Source of the DNA: Octopus sinensis
Lineage: Eukaryota
Length of the DNA stretch: 64,000 nucleotides
Assembly (NCBI RefSeq): GCF_006345805.1
Contig: NC_043022.1
Coordinates: forward strand, 4,712,001 to 4,776,000
Direction of reading: 5' to 3'
The position numbers and the translations under genes were made by a program. Of this stretch, positions 1 through 12,759 are shown piece by piece. The stretch's first letter is position 1. Every line of letters starts with the position of its first letter. The notes beneath the pieces were generated by a model. It did not search any database. It was given only the letters and a program-made list of their open reading frames with translations, and was not told the DNA's origin.

Positions 1-304
1 AACATGGTACAATGCTACCCAACCAGACTCAATCACTATAGAAACAGCTGGCTTTACATAGTATAGTACTATTATGCTATGAAACAATATTGTTGTTGTT
101 TAGTTCCAGGTCAGCCCTAATTAAATAGACCCATGATCGAAGGCAATCCAAACATGACCATCTCGGCGTTTTGCATATCTAAATGTATATTTACCAGGGA
201 TGACTTGAGGAAACTTGGCTGCTATTTATAGCAAATCAAAGGATCTCATAGAGGCTCTCCTTCTAGTAGCACTACCATACTAGTAATATAGCACTACCAT
301 ACTA

Positions 305-1579
305 TGAGGTCATCCCATAAGTTCTGTCCGATTTTACCTTTTTTTTAAAAATTGAATGTATTTTAATAGTATTTTAGAATGACTAATGGAATTAAAAATT
401 ATTCTTATGCATTTGTGTACATTTAAACTAATTGAATATTATTTTACAGAATAATAGTATTAAAATTTCTTTGATTAAAACCCTTTCTCACATGGAAGTA
501 TCCAAAGAGCATTTGAAGCACATAATGTTTTATGAGTACAAAAAAGGAAACTCTGCAGCCAAAGCGACTCAAAACCCTACACTCAGCTTATGGGAAAGAA
601 TGCTTGAATGAAAGAACTTGCAGAAGATGGTTTGCAAAATTCAGAAGAGGAGATTTCAGCCTTGAAGATGAAGATTGAACAGGACGTTCAGTTGAGTTTG
701 ATGATAAGCTCCTTGAGGCATTACTTGAAGAAAATCCTGCATTATCAGTTGAAGAATTGGCAATAAAGCTTAGTTCAAACCACACAACTGTTCATTATCA
801 TCTTCAACAACTTGGAAAGATTCCTAAACTTGGAATTGTCCGAAAGCAACCGCAAATCCTGAGTTGACATCTGCTCTTCTCTCCTTTCTCGCAAACTCAT
901 TTCACCCTTTTTGGATAGACTTGTGACTGGTGATGCAAAATGGATCTTCTATTGAAATGTCAAATGTCGTAAAGAGTGGCTTGGTAAAAGGGAAAAAACT
1001 CAACCACAACCAAGAAGGGAATTTCATGGGAAAAAGGTTCTTCTCCGTATCTGGTGGGATTGCAAAGGAGTAATTCACTTTGAATTGTTATCACCTAATG
1101 CAACAATCAATGCTCAAGTCTACTGTCAGCAATTAGAGCGTTTGAACCAAGCTTTGAAGAAAAAAAGATCTGCTTTAGTGAATCAAAAAGGAGTGATATT
1201 CCATCAGGACAATGTGCGACCCCACACTGCAAAGATCACATCACAGAAGATCGAAGAGCTTGGTTGGGAAAAAATTCCTCATCCACCTTATTCTCCCGAC
1301 CTTGCTCCTTCAGACTACCATTTGTTTTGTAGTTTACAGAATCATTTGGGGGACATAACTTTCGCAAGCCAGGAGGAGGTCGAAACTGACATTTCAGAGT
1401 TCTTCGCTTTGAAACCAAAAGAGTTTTACATTGATGGGATTAAAAAGCTTATAAATAGATGGAAGGAAGTCATAGATAATCAGGGAAAATACATTGATGA
1501 TTAAATTTCAATTAAATATAACATTTGATCACTTGTTTTCTTTATTCAAAATTGAGACAGAACTTATAGGATGACCTGA
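305..1579 (+). mobile_element. Full-length decayed mariner (DD34D) transposon
   Basis: TIRs tgaggtcatcccataagttctgtc (305-) and gacagaacttataggatgacctga (-1579), with TA at 303-304 and 1580-1581. Transposase starts at ATG 492 (MEVSKEHLKHIMFYEYKKG) and carries VTGDAKW, HQDN, HPPYSPDLAPSDY (34 aa D-D spacing). It has stops, frameshifts and lacks the WVPHEL segment. Confidence 0.95.
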
Positions 1580-1581
1580 TA

Positions 1582-1772
1582 TTATACAGTAAGAATTTAG
1601 AGCTGCTGTACTGTTCCATAGTAGAAATGTAGTATTTCTGTACTATTGCATAGAAATATAGTACTGCTATTCTATTACATAGCAGTAATATAGCATTGTC
1701 AAACTATTATACAGTAGCAGTATAGTGCACCTGTACTATTACACAGTAGAAATATAGTACTGCTGTACTATT

Positions 1773-1804
<32 letters not shown>

Positions 1805-1880
1805 TAGCGCTGCTGCACTTATACTGTAGAAATATAGAACTGCCATTCTATTATGCAGCAAGAATATAGAGCAGCTGAAC
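1582..1880. repeat. Degenerate ~30-bp minisatellite (agtagaaatatagtactgctgtactatt-like), continuing left of the mariner at about 262-304
   Basis: Repeated tagtactgct/gtactatt/agaaatatag motifs on both sides of the mariner. Confidence 0.6.
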
Positions 1881-2458
1881 TATTGCAAAATGCTTTTGGT
1901 GGTGATGTTTAGCCCTTGGCCAGCTTTGAGCGACCATAACTGTAATCAGAAGCATTCCAGCCATGACCAAACGTTCTTATTATATATCTACAACTACAGT
2001 TTCCTAAATGGCCTTCCTTTTTAAAGATGATAAGGTGTGACTTGAAGAAATTTGACAATTATTTCTAGCAGAAGCTGCATTGTAAGATACACTCTGCTTC
2101 TGGTGGTTCTAAGTGAAAGTGATTTCACCGATTCCCATCTAGCCATGTGGGCCACACTCATAGAAATTCTTCCACCAAATCCCACATAAAGGGAGACAAG
2201 GTAGCAAGCGAGCATGTACATCATGGTGGCTTGACCTGCAAAAATAGCGCTAAATCTTCCTCAAATCACACCCTAATGACATACAAATAGGTGACATGTC
2301 TATCCAAGAAAAGGTAGTCCTAGACAGACAATGCTTCAAAAACGACAGGATGGTCATGGTAGGGAAATATCTAATTATAAGGCTGCTTGATCGGGAGTAA
2401 CCATGTCAGGGATGGTCACAGAAGGCCATGACAAGGGACCAAGACATCTGAGTAAAAA

Positions 2459-2844
2459 GCGTGGCTGTGTGGTAAGTAGTTTGCTTACCAACCACATGGT
2501 TCCGGGTTCAGTCCCACTGCGTGGCACCTTGGGCAAGTGTCTTCCATTATAGCCTCGGGCCAACCAAAGCCTTGTGAGTGGATTTGGTAGATGGAAACCG
2601 AAAGAAGCCCGTCGTGTATATGTATATATATATATATGTGTGTGCGTGTATGTTTGTGTGTCTGTGTTTGTCCCCCTAGCATTGCTTGACAACCGATGCT
2701 GGTGTGTTTATATCCCCAAAAGAGACCGATAGAATAAGTACTGGGCTTAAAAAGAATAAGTCCCGGGATCGAGTTGCTCGATTAAAGGCGGTGCTCCAGC
2801 ATGGCCGCAGTCAAATGACTGAAACAAGTAAAGGAGTAAAAGAG
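2459..2844 (+). mobile_element. tRNA-derived SINE, family A (octopus OK/OR-type; exact family name not assigned)
   Basis: A box tggctgtgtgg, B box ggttcagtccc, ccttgggcaagt core-like motif, internal (TA)(TG) tract, 3' gaaacaagtaaa(agagta)n tail; more than 20 copies in the window. Confidence 0.9.
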
Positions 2845-3780
2845 TATACTGGAATGTATTCCAACATAAGAAGTATGCTAACCAAAGAGATCATTCCTAA
2901 TCCACTCCCCCTTGACAAAAATTTCCACGGAGATATATGGTTTGTATATACATACATGTACATGTATGCGTATACACAAACATTCATATTACGTATATGC
3001 ATTCATTTATTTTTTTTACTTCATACTGTGGCCATGCTGGAGCACTGCCTTTAGTCAAATGAATCGACCCCAGGACTTATTCTCTGCAAGCCTAGTACTT
3101 ATTCTGTCAGTCTCTTTTGCCAAACCACTAGGTTACGGGGACATAAAACATACCAACATCAGTTGTCAAGCGATGGTGGGTGGGGAACAAATGCAGATAT
3201 CCTTAAATCCTTAAAAATGTTTTAGCCCGAAGGCTGCGGCCATGCTGGGGCACCACCGCTGAAGATACACAAACATAAACCACACACACACACATATATA
3301 TATATATATACGACAAGCTTCTTTCAGTTTCCAAATCCACTCCCAAAGATTTGGTCAGCTTGGTGCTATAGAAGAAGACACTTGTCTAAGAAGCCAGGCA
3401 GTGGAACTGAACCCAGAACCATGTGGTTGGGAAGCAAGCTTCTTACCACCCAGCCTCGCCTGCTCCAATGAGTGGATGTGGTAGATGGAAACTGAAAGAA
3501 GCCCATTTCATGTGTATGCGTATGAGTGTTTGTGTATGTGTATGCTTTTCTGTTTGTCCTGCACCACTGTTTGACAACTGGTGTTGGTTTGTTTATGCTC
3601 CCGTAACTTGGCACTTCAGCAAAAAAGACCGATAGAATAAGTGCCAGGGTTTTAAAAAAGAATACCAAGCACTGTAGTCAAGTCATTCAACTAAAAACTC
3701 TCTGAGGCAGTGCCCCAGCATGGCCACAGTCTAATGACTGACACGAAAAAATAAAAGATAAAATATAAATGATATATAGG

Positions 3781-3949
3781 TGCAGGAGTGGCTGTGTGGT
3801 AAGTAGTTTGTTTACCAACCACATGGTTCTGGGTTCAGTCCCACTGCGTGGCACCTTGGGCAAGTGTCTTCTACTATAGCCTCAGGCAGACCAAAGCCTT
3901 GTGAGTGGATTTGGTAGACGGAAACTGAAAGAAGCCCGTCATATATATG

Positions 3950-3982
<33 letters not shown>

Positions 3983-4185
3983 TTGTGTGTCTGTGTTTGT
4001 CCCCCTGGCATTGCTTGACAACCGATGCTGGTGTGTTTATGTCCCCGTCACTTAGCGGTTCGGCAAAAGATACCGATAGAATAAGTACCGGGCTTACAAA
4101 AGAATAAGTCCCAGGGTCGAGTTGCTCGATTAAAGGCGGTGCTCCAGCATGGCCGCAGTCAAAGGACTGAAACAAGTAAAAGAGA
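3781..4185 (+). mobile_element. SINE family A (further fragments at 3010-3760)
   Basis: Same consensus as 2459-2844. Confidence 0.9.
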
Positions 4186-4607
4186 GAAAGAGATATATAC
4201 ACATACATACATGCATATATGCACACATTTACACCTTTGTGTGTGTGTGTGTGTGTGCTAAGTCTATTTTACCTGTGTGTTCATTATGTGCTACCATTTC
4301 ACATTCACTCTACCATTTTACACACACCACACACACACACACATACACACACACGGTTTATCCATTATTCACCAATAAAAGTATAAATAAGAATAGTAAG
4401 TAAAAAGACATTTCATTTCGTGCAACATAAAAAAATAAAGATACATCAATTTAATACCTGATAAAAACATTTAGTTTTCTTCTGTTTTTGCTTTTTTTTT
4501 TATTTTCTCTAAGTTGTCAAGTGAAAAAGTAATGAGATGACAGCACAAACTGAAGGATTTTAACAGGAAAAAAAGAAAGAGTACGATCGTATTTAAAACA
4601 GGAAGAA

Positions 4608-4958
4608 ATGTTGCTGAGATATATCAATAGTCGAGTAGCAACAAATGTTAGAGCAAAATATTTTGTGTTCTTCGTGTTTGTAGCTATTGTATTCTTTATT
4701 TTTTGGTTTACAAAATAACAGTATAGGTATAAACAGTTACCTCTCCTTCTGTCGCATCATTGTGTGGTTATGTCTGATTCTCAACAGCGTACTTCTCAGT
4801 TAGACTGTTACTACATGTGTAACAACCTGGAGAAGTATTTTTCCCACAGTATCAGGTTGATTATATCAAATTCCATTCATGAGCAGAATTTGGTTGGAAG
4901 TAACTGTACAGAAACCCATCTATACACACACACACATATATATAAATGTTTGGAATAA
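4608..4958 (+). other. Candidate small ORF / disrupted type II membrane protein 5' end
   Basis: MLLRYINSRVATNVRAKYFVFFVFVAIVFFIFWFTK, then TAA (4716-4718), then the same frame stays open to 4958. A strong polypyrimidine-AG acceptor lies at about 4490-4512. No homology recognised. Confidence 0.2.
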
Positions 4959-4984
4959 TCCCTTACTATTTACAAATATATATA

Positions 4985-6120
4985 TATTAGGCTGTTGTCA
5001 AGTATGAAATTTGTAGTAAGGTATATGGTAAACTTTGAGAGCTACTCATTTTGCGCCATAATTATATTTTGGCAATCTTTATTTTCTGTTAGAAAGCTGA
5101 CACATCTATTTCTTTATTCTAACTCATTTTGAGCTTTATAAAGTATTTATAAATCATTTTTTGCTATTTTGTTTAGAGACGGATAAGTCGGAAATTCATA
5201 CAGTTTTGAAATATGAGTTCTTTCTTGGAAATACAGCATCACAGACAGCTTGGAATATTAATGGAGTATTTCATTCTAATGTTATTACACAGCAGACAGT
5301 ATCAAATTGGTTTGCAAAATTTCGTTCAGGTAACTTTGACCTCACAAATGAGCAACGCGGTCAACCAGAAACAAAGGTGGATAATGACGAACTGAAAGCC
5401 ACCATCGAGTCAGATCCATCTCAAAGTGCCCATGAATTATCGTTGTTGCTTGGTGTTAACAAGCAAACACTATTGACTCATCTAATTCAAATCAGTAAAG
5501 TAAGAAAGTTGGCTAAGTGGGTTCCACACGAACTCAACGAAAATCAGAAACGGCAACGTTTGGAAGCCTGCATTATGCTACTTTCTTGTTACAAAAATGA
5601 ATCATTTCTGAATCGAATTGTAACATGTGGTGAGAAATGAGTCCAATACAACAACCATAAATGTTCAGCACAATGGTTGGACAAAGATGAGCCACCAAAA
5701 TACAGTCCAAAAAACAAAATTCATCAAAAGAAGCTGATGGTGTGTGTTTGGTGGTCTGGTACAGGTGTAATCCATTATGATTTCATTAGACCTGGCTCAT
5801 CAATCACGGCCGAAGTATACTGAAGTCAACTGGACCAAATGTTGCAGAAACTTGCAAGAAAACAGCAAAAGTTAGTCAACACATCCACTCCTATTTTATT
5901 GCAAGACAATGCCAGACCACACGTCACAAAAGTGACACTGGTGAAACTACAGCAGTCGGAGTTAAAAGTTCTCCATCATCCACCATACACACCTGATCTT
6001 GCCTCCACTGACCACCACTTCCAGAATTTAGATAAGTTTTTGAAAGAAGAAAAATTTAATTCTGACGATACTGTAAAACAGGCCTTCCAAGATTTTATTG
6101 ACTCCACGTTGGAGGGTTAA
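4985..6120 (+). mobile_element. Decayed mariner transposon, 3' end lost or interrupted
   Basis: ORF pieces with WFAKFRSGNFDL, KWVPHEL, IVTCGEK, KKLMVCVWW, LLQDNARPH, HPPYTPDLASTD; no right TIR found. Confidence 0.9.
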
Positions 6121-6399
6121 AGGCATAAAGAAAGAAAAAAAGTTGTGTGGTAAGAAGCTTGCTTCCTAACCACATGGCCCCAGAAAGTTTTTCCAAGGCC
6201 ATGCAATTAACAAGACAAAAGTGAATGGACTTTTATTGCACAGGTGAAGTAAAGGGTTAAAATAGATTGTTGAAAAGGTGACAATTTTGAAAATAATGCT
6301 GGGCGTTGGGTAGCTGCTCCCCGCTGCTTTCTATTATCTACACCACTGATACACACATACACACACCACACACACACATACACACATCAATTTTGTTGA

Positions 6400-6612
6400 T
6401 ACTCTTTTTTTTCAGTCATTTGACTGTGGCCATGCTGGAGCACCACCTTTAGTCGATTGAGCAAATCGCACCCCCCCCCCCCGGACTTATTCTTTGTAAG
6501 CCTAGTACTTATTTTATCGGTCTCTTTTGCCGAACAGCTAAGTAACAGGGACGTAAACACACCAGCATTGGTTGTCAAGTGATGTTGGAGGGGGGGGGGG
6601 ACACAAATACAG

Positions 6613-6620
<8 letters not shown>
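6400..6620 (-). mobile_element. SINE family A, 3' half
   Basis: Reverse complement of the family A 3' region. Confidence 0.8.
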
Positions 6621-6667
<47 letters not shown>

Positions 6668-6894
6668 AAATAAGAAAATGGAGAAATACATCAAAATAAA
6701 ATATCAATTACCAGATAATACTCAATCACATACTTTATTAAACCACCACATAAGAAGCTATAAGGTTAAACATAATAATGTAGGGCAAAACAGTGTACAT
6801 GAAGGAGTGTACATAAAAGAGTAATGTTATACAATAAGTAGAATATGTATAATAGAACATAAATATAAGTACACATAAATATAAATATAGACTA

Positions 6895-7022
6895 CATCTT
6901 ACAGCTGTTTCGGCCATGTAGATAAGTCTGTCTCATTTTACTTATATTAGCCATTTATGGTAGGTCAATATGTAGTTATAAATGAGACATTTACAAAAAT
7001 ATCATAAGGCCTCTTCGGAGAT
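6895..7022 (-). ncRNA. Type I hammerhead ribozyme motif with extended stem II (U4>C), Penelope-LTR-like context
   Basis: Minus strand: atct|CCGAAGA|ggcc...ggcc|GAAA|cagctg|TA|agat. Stem I 4 bp, stem II GGCC/GGCC plus an inner 10-bp stem tgtctcattt/aaatgagaca, palindromic loop 3; AATAAA follows near 6735. Confidence 0.75.
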
Positions 7023-7161
7023 TGTGATACAAATCAGATTACACACATACTTATATAGGTGTGGGTACATACCCATAATAAAACATATACATATACATAT
7101 GAGTGCATATACTCATACTTTTATACATATAAATATACATATACATAATGATATAAATAAT

Positions 7162-7977
7162 ATCTCTATATATATAAACGGCAGTTTGTCTGTCTGTGTG
7201 TCTGTCAGGTTGTACCCTCGCCCTGACCACGGCTTTCAACCGATTCTGATGAAACTTGACACACACATAGCCCAATGTCATAATTCAAAACTAACGCAGT
7301 GAAAATTTTGAAAAATTCCCCCAGTTCTGAAAAGAAATCGATAAATTCGACATGGGTCGAGAATCTAAGCTTTTTATTTGCAACACGTTTTCTACAGACT
7401 GTCTAGGGGACGCAACTCGACCTTTTTAACTCTCGGAACACGTGGGGTAAGTATCCCAAAATGTATAAAAATGTACTAAAACAGCAAAAAAGCGGGCAGC
7501 AATGTGAGTGACAACAACGAAAAAGTCAAAAGTGACCAAACTGAACAAACGAATGGAAAAGGTTTCTTGATGCACACGACAAAAGCGGTTTATAATAAAT
7601 CAAGAGTTTGCAAGTAGCGTCCGAGGACCCTTAGGGTACATCAAAAATTTAAGGTAAAACGTTTGGGGTGGTAGTTATAAAGAAAGTGTAAACAAAAAAA
7701 GTATACGAATAACTTGCAGCTGCAGCAGCTATCATATATATTTATTTATGTGTAAAGGGTAAAGTTGGGGGTAAAGTCTCGAATGTAATTTCTTCCTGGT
7801 AGGAATTGGTTGGGTTGAATTATCGATAGCCGTTTGATAGTTATTTGGGAGTGAAGAGAAGACATTGCAACCTACACATGCGCCTTCGTTCCCTAGAGGG
7901 AAAGGACTAGATTGGGATTAGTCGTTGCCTACTAGGGGCTCTTACATACCCGGGCAACGCGGGGCTATGCTGCTAGT
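7162..7977. mobile_element. Helentron-associated non-autonomous element (HINE/DINE-1-like)
   Basis: One end atctctatatatataaa followed by a (gtct)n tract; the other end cccgggcaacgcggg hairpin followed by gctagt. Confidence 0.75.
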
Positions 7978-8329
7978 AAATTAATAAACATACATATGTT
8001 CCACATTCAATGTTACAGTTTTTCAACTTAATATTGTGATAATTACTATGTAGAAACACATACACATATTAATACCTAAATGCAGATATACAGAGTCAAG
8101 AGTACATTATATTAATTCTTATTAATTTCCAAAATGTCATTAATGTTAGCATCATTATCATTGTCATTACCACTAATGCTACCAATATCATCATTCATAT
8201 TATTATTAATAACGCTAATACTAGAAAAACAATACATAGCAGTAGATTGGATATATGTTATCCCATGGAGGGTTGCATTTACAACCCCTATCTCAATTTG
8301 TATATATACATATATATATATAATATATA

Positions 8330-8400
<71 letters not shown>

Positions 8401-8402
<2 letters not shown>

Positions 8403-8562
8403 CGATGGGCTTCTTTCAGTTTCCTTCTACTAAATCCACTCACAAGGCTTTGGTTGGCCCGAGGCTATAGTAGAAGACACTTACCCAAGGTGCCACGCAG
8501 TGGGACTGAACCCGGAACCATGTGGTTGGTAAACAAGCTACTTACCACACAGCCACTCCTAC
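8401..8562 (-). mobile_element. SINE family A, 5' half
   Basis: tRNA-like head on the minus strand, next to a (TA)n tract. Confidence 0.85.
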
Positions 8563-9308
8563 ACCTATGATGTATATTGACAATGAATATCTAGACAAGT
8601 ATGTAGGCATACCCTGAAGTCCCTTGAGATACATGTTCTGCACTGATTTACAAATACTCTCTTGTCCAATAACACTGACACCATTGTTTACAAACTGTGA
8701 CATCGTTGAATTAAAGAAGAGTGAATGGTCAGAGTCCTCAGAGCATTGAATAGATGACCTTCTGCTATTTATTCCAACTTCTTACAGTCCGAGTTCAATT
8801 CCTGACAACGGTAACTCTCTTTCATGCTCCAAAGTTTGATAAATAGAGTGGACAGACTGATGGAGATGTCCGAATGTCCAACAGGATGCCTGGTGGTATT
8901 TGTTCCACCTCTTTGCTGTATGAGAACCACTGCTAACTTTCAGGCCAGACTTCCAGTTTGAGAACACCTTCCCTCTCTCCTTCCTTCACTCCCAGGGGTT
9001 CTGAAAATGGCCACGGGCACCGCCTCTCCACCCTAACCAAAAGAAACCATTCTATTTTCACTTTCCATAGAATTTAGAAGACAAGAGATAATTTATTTCG
9101 TGGTAAGGATGTCAGTCTATTGCAGGAAGAATCCCAGAATGCATTGCAAGAATATAAATAGACGGAATTTCATTGATATGTATGAACGTAATTTAAATCT
9201 TCAAGTGAAGTTAGGCCCAGGAGGGATATTTTCTCGAAGGGAGATAGAGATGAAATTTGAAGTGACTTCTGTAATTGCTGGTTAACCATTCCTCAGGCTC
9301 TTCTCACC

Positions 9309-9347
<39 letters not shown>

Positions 9348-9714
9348 CATATGATACCAACTATAATTAACTGAAGGCTAATTATTAAAATGTAATCAAA
9401 AAGGTGTCTAGACACAAACCAATTTACATAACACCAAAGTGGACGGCTGGCTTAGCAGCAGCTCTGTCGGTGAAGAAGACTGCTTATAATGAATGGATGG
9501 AGTCCTGGACATTCATTTACAAACCAAGGCTGTATAAATACACACACACCACACACATTTTCACATACACACTCACACATACACATATTTGCATACACAC
9601 ACACACATACACACATATACACACACACATATACACACTGAAATTGGTGTTGAGACTCCTTCTTTCTTATTACATATTTATTCCTCTTTCTGCCTATAGT
9701 TTTTCATATTGCTG

Positions 9715-10560
9715 TTTCTGCCTATACTTTTACCTATACTTTCACTGTTTCTGCTCCTGCCTATACTCTTACCTATACTTCACTGTTGCTACTCCTGCCT
9801 ATACTTTCACTGTTTCTGCTCCTGCCTATATTTTCCCTATACTTTCACTGTTGCTTATCCTGCCTATACTTTTAGCTGTACTTTCACTGTTTATTCTCCT
9901 GCCTATACTTTTTCCTATACTTTCATTGTTTATTCTCCTGCCTATACTCTTACCTATACTTTCACTGTCGCTACTCCTGCCTATACTTTCACTGTTTATT
10001 CTCCTGCCAATACTTTCACTGTTGCTACTCCTGCCTATACTTTTTCCTATACTTTCATTGTTTATTCTCCTGCCTATACTCTTACCTATACTTTCACTGT
10101 CGCTACTCCTGCCTATACTTTCACTGTTTATTCTCCTGCCAATACTTTCACTGTTGCTACTCCTGCCTATACTTTTTCCTATACTTTCAGTTTATTCTCC
10201 TACCTATATTTTTCATATACTTTCACTGTTGCTACTCCTGCCTATACTCTTACCTATACTTTCACTGTTTATTCTCCTGCCAATACTTTCACTGTTGCTA
10301 CTCCTGCCTATACTTTTTCCTATACTTTCAGTTTATTCTCCTACCTATATTTTTCATATACTTTCACTGTTGCTACTCCTGCCTATACTCTTACCTATAC
10401 TTTCACTGTTTATTCTCCTGCCAATACTTTCACTGTTGCTACTCCTGCCTATACTTTTTCCTATACTTTCAGTTTATTCTCCTGCCTATATTTTTCCTAT
10501 ACTTTCACTGTTGCTACTCCTGCATATACTTTCACTGTTTATTCTACTCCCTGTTGCTAC
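9715..10560. repeat. Minisatellite with higher-order structure (27-bp and 11/12-bp subunits)
   Basis: Subunits actttcactgttgctactcctgcctat, actttcactgtttattctcctgccaat, actcttacctat and actttttcctat, arranged in 132-bp and 141-bp blocks. Confidence 0.9.
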
Positions 10561-10825
10561 TTTCACAGAGAGTCTCTCTCTCTGTTTTTAAGAGAGCTCT
10601 CAAGTCTGAATTGGCCCAACATTCGGTTTTTATTTCTCTTTGAGAAATAATAAACAAAAATGGTTATCTTGAGAAAATATTCCATTCTTTCAATAGAAAA
10701 TGCAGCCCTTTAAAGAAAATACGAAAATGGGGATCAAACATTAAACTACATTTGATGTTAATTGTAAAGTTTATTCAAAGACCTGTTGAGGCAAGTAAGG
10801 TTGTTGTCGTGGCTGATGATGATAC

Positions 10826-11075
10826 CTATTTCTTTATTACCCACAAGGGGCTAAACATAGAGGGGACAAACAAGGACAGACATAGGTATTAAGTCGATTA
10901 CATCGACCTCAGTGCGTAACTGGTACTTAATTTATCGACCCCGAAAGGATGAAAGGCAAAGACAACCTCGGTGGAATTTGAACTCACAATGTAACACAGA
11001 CGAAATACGTTACGTTGTGAGTTCAAATTCCGCCGAGGTCGACTTTGCCTTTCATCCTTTTGGGGTGATGACAAT
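10826..11075. mobile_element. SINE family C, head-to-head pair
   Basis: Core gtcgactttgcctttcatcctttcggggtcgataaattaagtaccag present in both orientations. Confidence 0.85.
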
Positions 11076-11084
11076 ACCGCCTGA

Positions 11085-11398
11085 CTGGCACTTGTGCTGG
11101 TGGCACGTGAAAAGCACCATTCAAACATGGTCACTGCTTGTGCTGCCTGGCTGGCTCCAATGCCAGTGGTACGTAAAAAGCACCATTTGAGTGTGGTCGT
11201 TGCCAGTGTCGCCTGAGTAGCTTCCATGTTGGTGGCACATAAAAAGCACCATTCGAGTGTGGTTGATGCTAGTGTTGGTGGCATGTAAAAAGCATCATTC
11301 AAGCTTAGTCGTTGCCAGTGCCACCTGAGTGGCTCCCGTGCCGGTGACATGTAAAAAGCACCCACTACCCTCTTGGAGTGGTTAGCACTAGGAAGCGC
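11085..11398 (+). mobile_element. Family D retroposon fragment (~62-bp gtgccggtggcac arrays)
   Basis: Repeated tggcacgtaaaaagcacca units followed by aaaagcacccactac. Confidence 0.75.
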
Positions 11399-11857
11399 TA
11401 GAGAGAGAGATGGGGCAGAGAGAAAGGGGCAGAGAGAAAGAGAAAGAGAGAGAGATAGACAGACAGAAAGAAAGAGAGATAGAGAAAGAGAAAGAGAGTG
11501 AGGGAGGGAGAGAGGTTTGTGTGTGTATGTTTTTGGCAGAGAAGTTTTACGCTTAAGGGGGGTACAAAACAAGAGCAAGAAAGAAAAAAAAAAAAGCAGA
11601 AAATAGTAATAACAACAACAACAACAACAACAAGCAAACGGAGAAGAAACAAAGAAAGGTTGATAAACTGAGGAAATCTAATATTATTTGGCAAAGTGAC
11701 CGAAAGAAAAACATTGAAAGATGGTTTTGTGTCTTGTCAGGTATTTCGCTGCTTTAAACGAAGGCCGACAGAAAGAATAAACACTCGTTATCTCTCTCGC
11801 CATATAATCTACTCTTAAATAGTAATAATAACACCACCGCACTCCGCGGCGGCGAGA

Positions 11858-12132
11858 TTATCATCATCATCATCATCATCACCATCACCATCGTCATCGT
11901 CATCATCACCATCATCGTCATCACCACCATCATCATCGTCATCACCACCATCATCATCATCATCACCATCATCATCACCATCATCACCATCATCAACACC
12001 ATCATCATCATCATCATCATCACTATCATCATCATCATCATCACCACCATCATCATTGTCATCACCACCATCATCATCGTCATCACCACCATCATCATCA
12101 TCATCCCCATCATCATCACCATCATCACTATC

Positions 12133-12163
<31 letters not shown>

Positions 12164-12300
12164 CCATCATCATCATCACCATCATCATCAACACCATCAT
12201 CATCATCATCGTCATCACCACCACCATCATCATCATCATCATCACCATCATCACCATCACCATCATCACCATCACCATCACCATCATCATCATCATCACC

Positions 12301-12332
<32 letters not shown>

Positions 12333-12375
12333 CGTCGTCGTCGTCATCGTCGTCATCATTCTCATCATCATTATT
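11858..12375. repeat. (CAT/CAC/CGT)n compound trinucleotide microsatellite
   Basis: Direct inspection; source of the poly-M/D/S ORFs. Confidence 0.95.
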
Positions 12376-12583
12376 ATTATTACTATGCTGTTGGTGTTGG
12401 TGTTGTTGTTGGGAAACCAAGGTTATTTTGAGGGTTTTTTTTTTATAAATATTTTGTTTCGGTAATTCCCCCCACGACCGATAATTTTTAGATTGATGTC
12501 TTTAGATTCCAACGTCAATATTTGTAATGGCTTTTATCAGGCTAAAATAGACAAGTCTTCATTCTTACAACACTTAATGACAA

Positions 12584-12627
<44 letters not shown>

Positions 12628-12759
12628 TGATGATGATGATGATGATGACGATGATGGCGAACAATATTTTCTTCCACTAATAACTAATAACTACTAATAC
12701 TAATAATAATGATGATGATGATGATGATGATCCTTTCTATTACTATAAACTGTGAAGGT

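Noticed and set aside
9100-9285. 61-aa ORF in unique sequence (MVRMSVYCRKNP...)
   Set aside because: GTG start, no recognisable domain, no convincing splice sites
9404-10650. 395-aa and 313-aa ORFs
   Set aside because: They read through microsatellite and a T/C-rich minisatellite that lacks stop triplets by composition; frames shift between subunits
11660-11710. CTGAGGA...GAAA spacing
   Set aside because: No stem I, II or III pairing
11754-12448. Poly-Met, poly-Asp and poly-Ser ORFs
   Set aside because: Translations of a (CAT)n microsatellite
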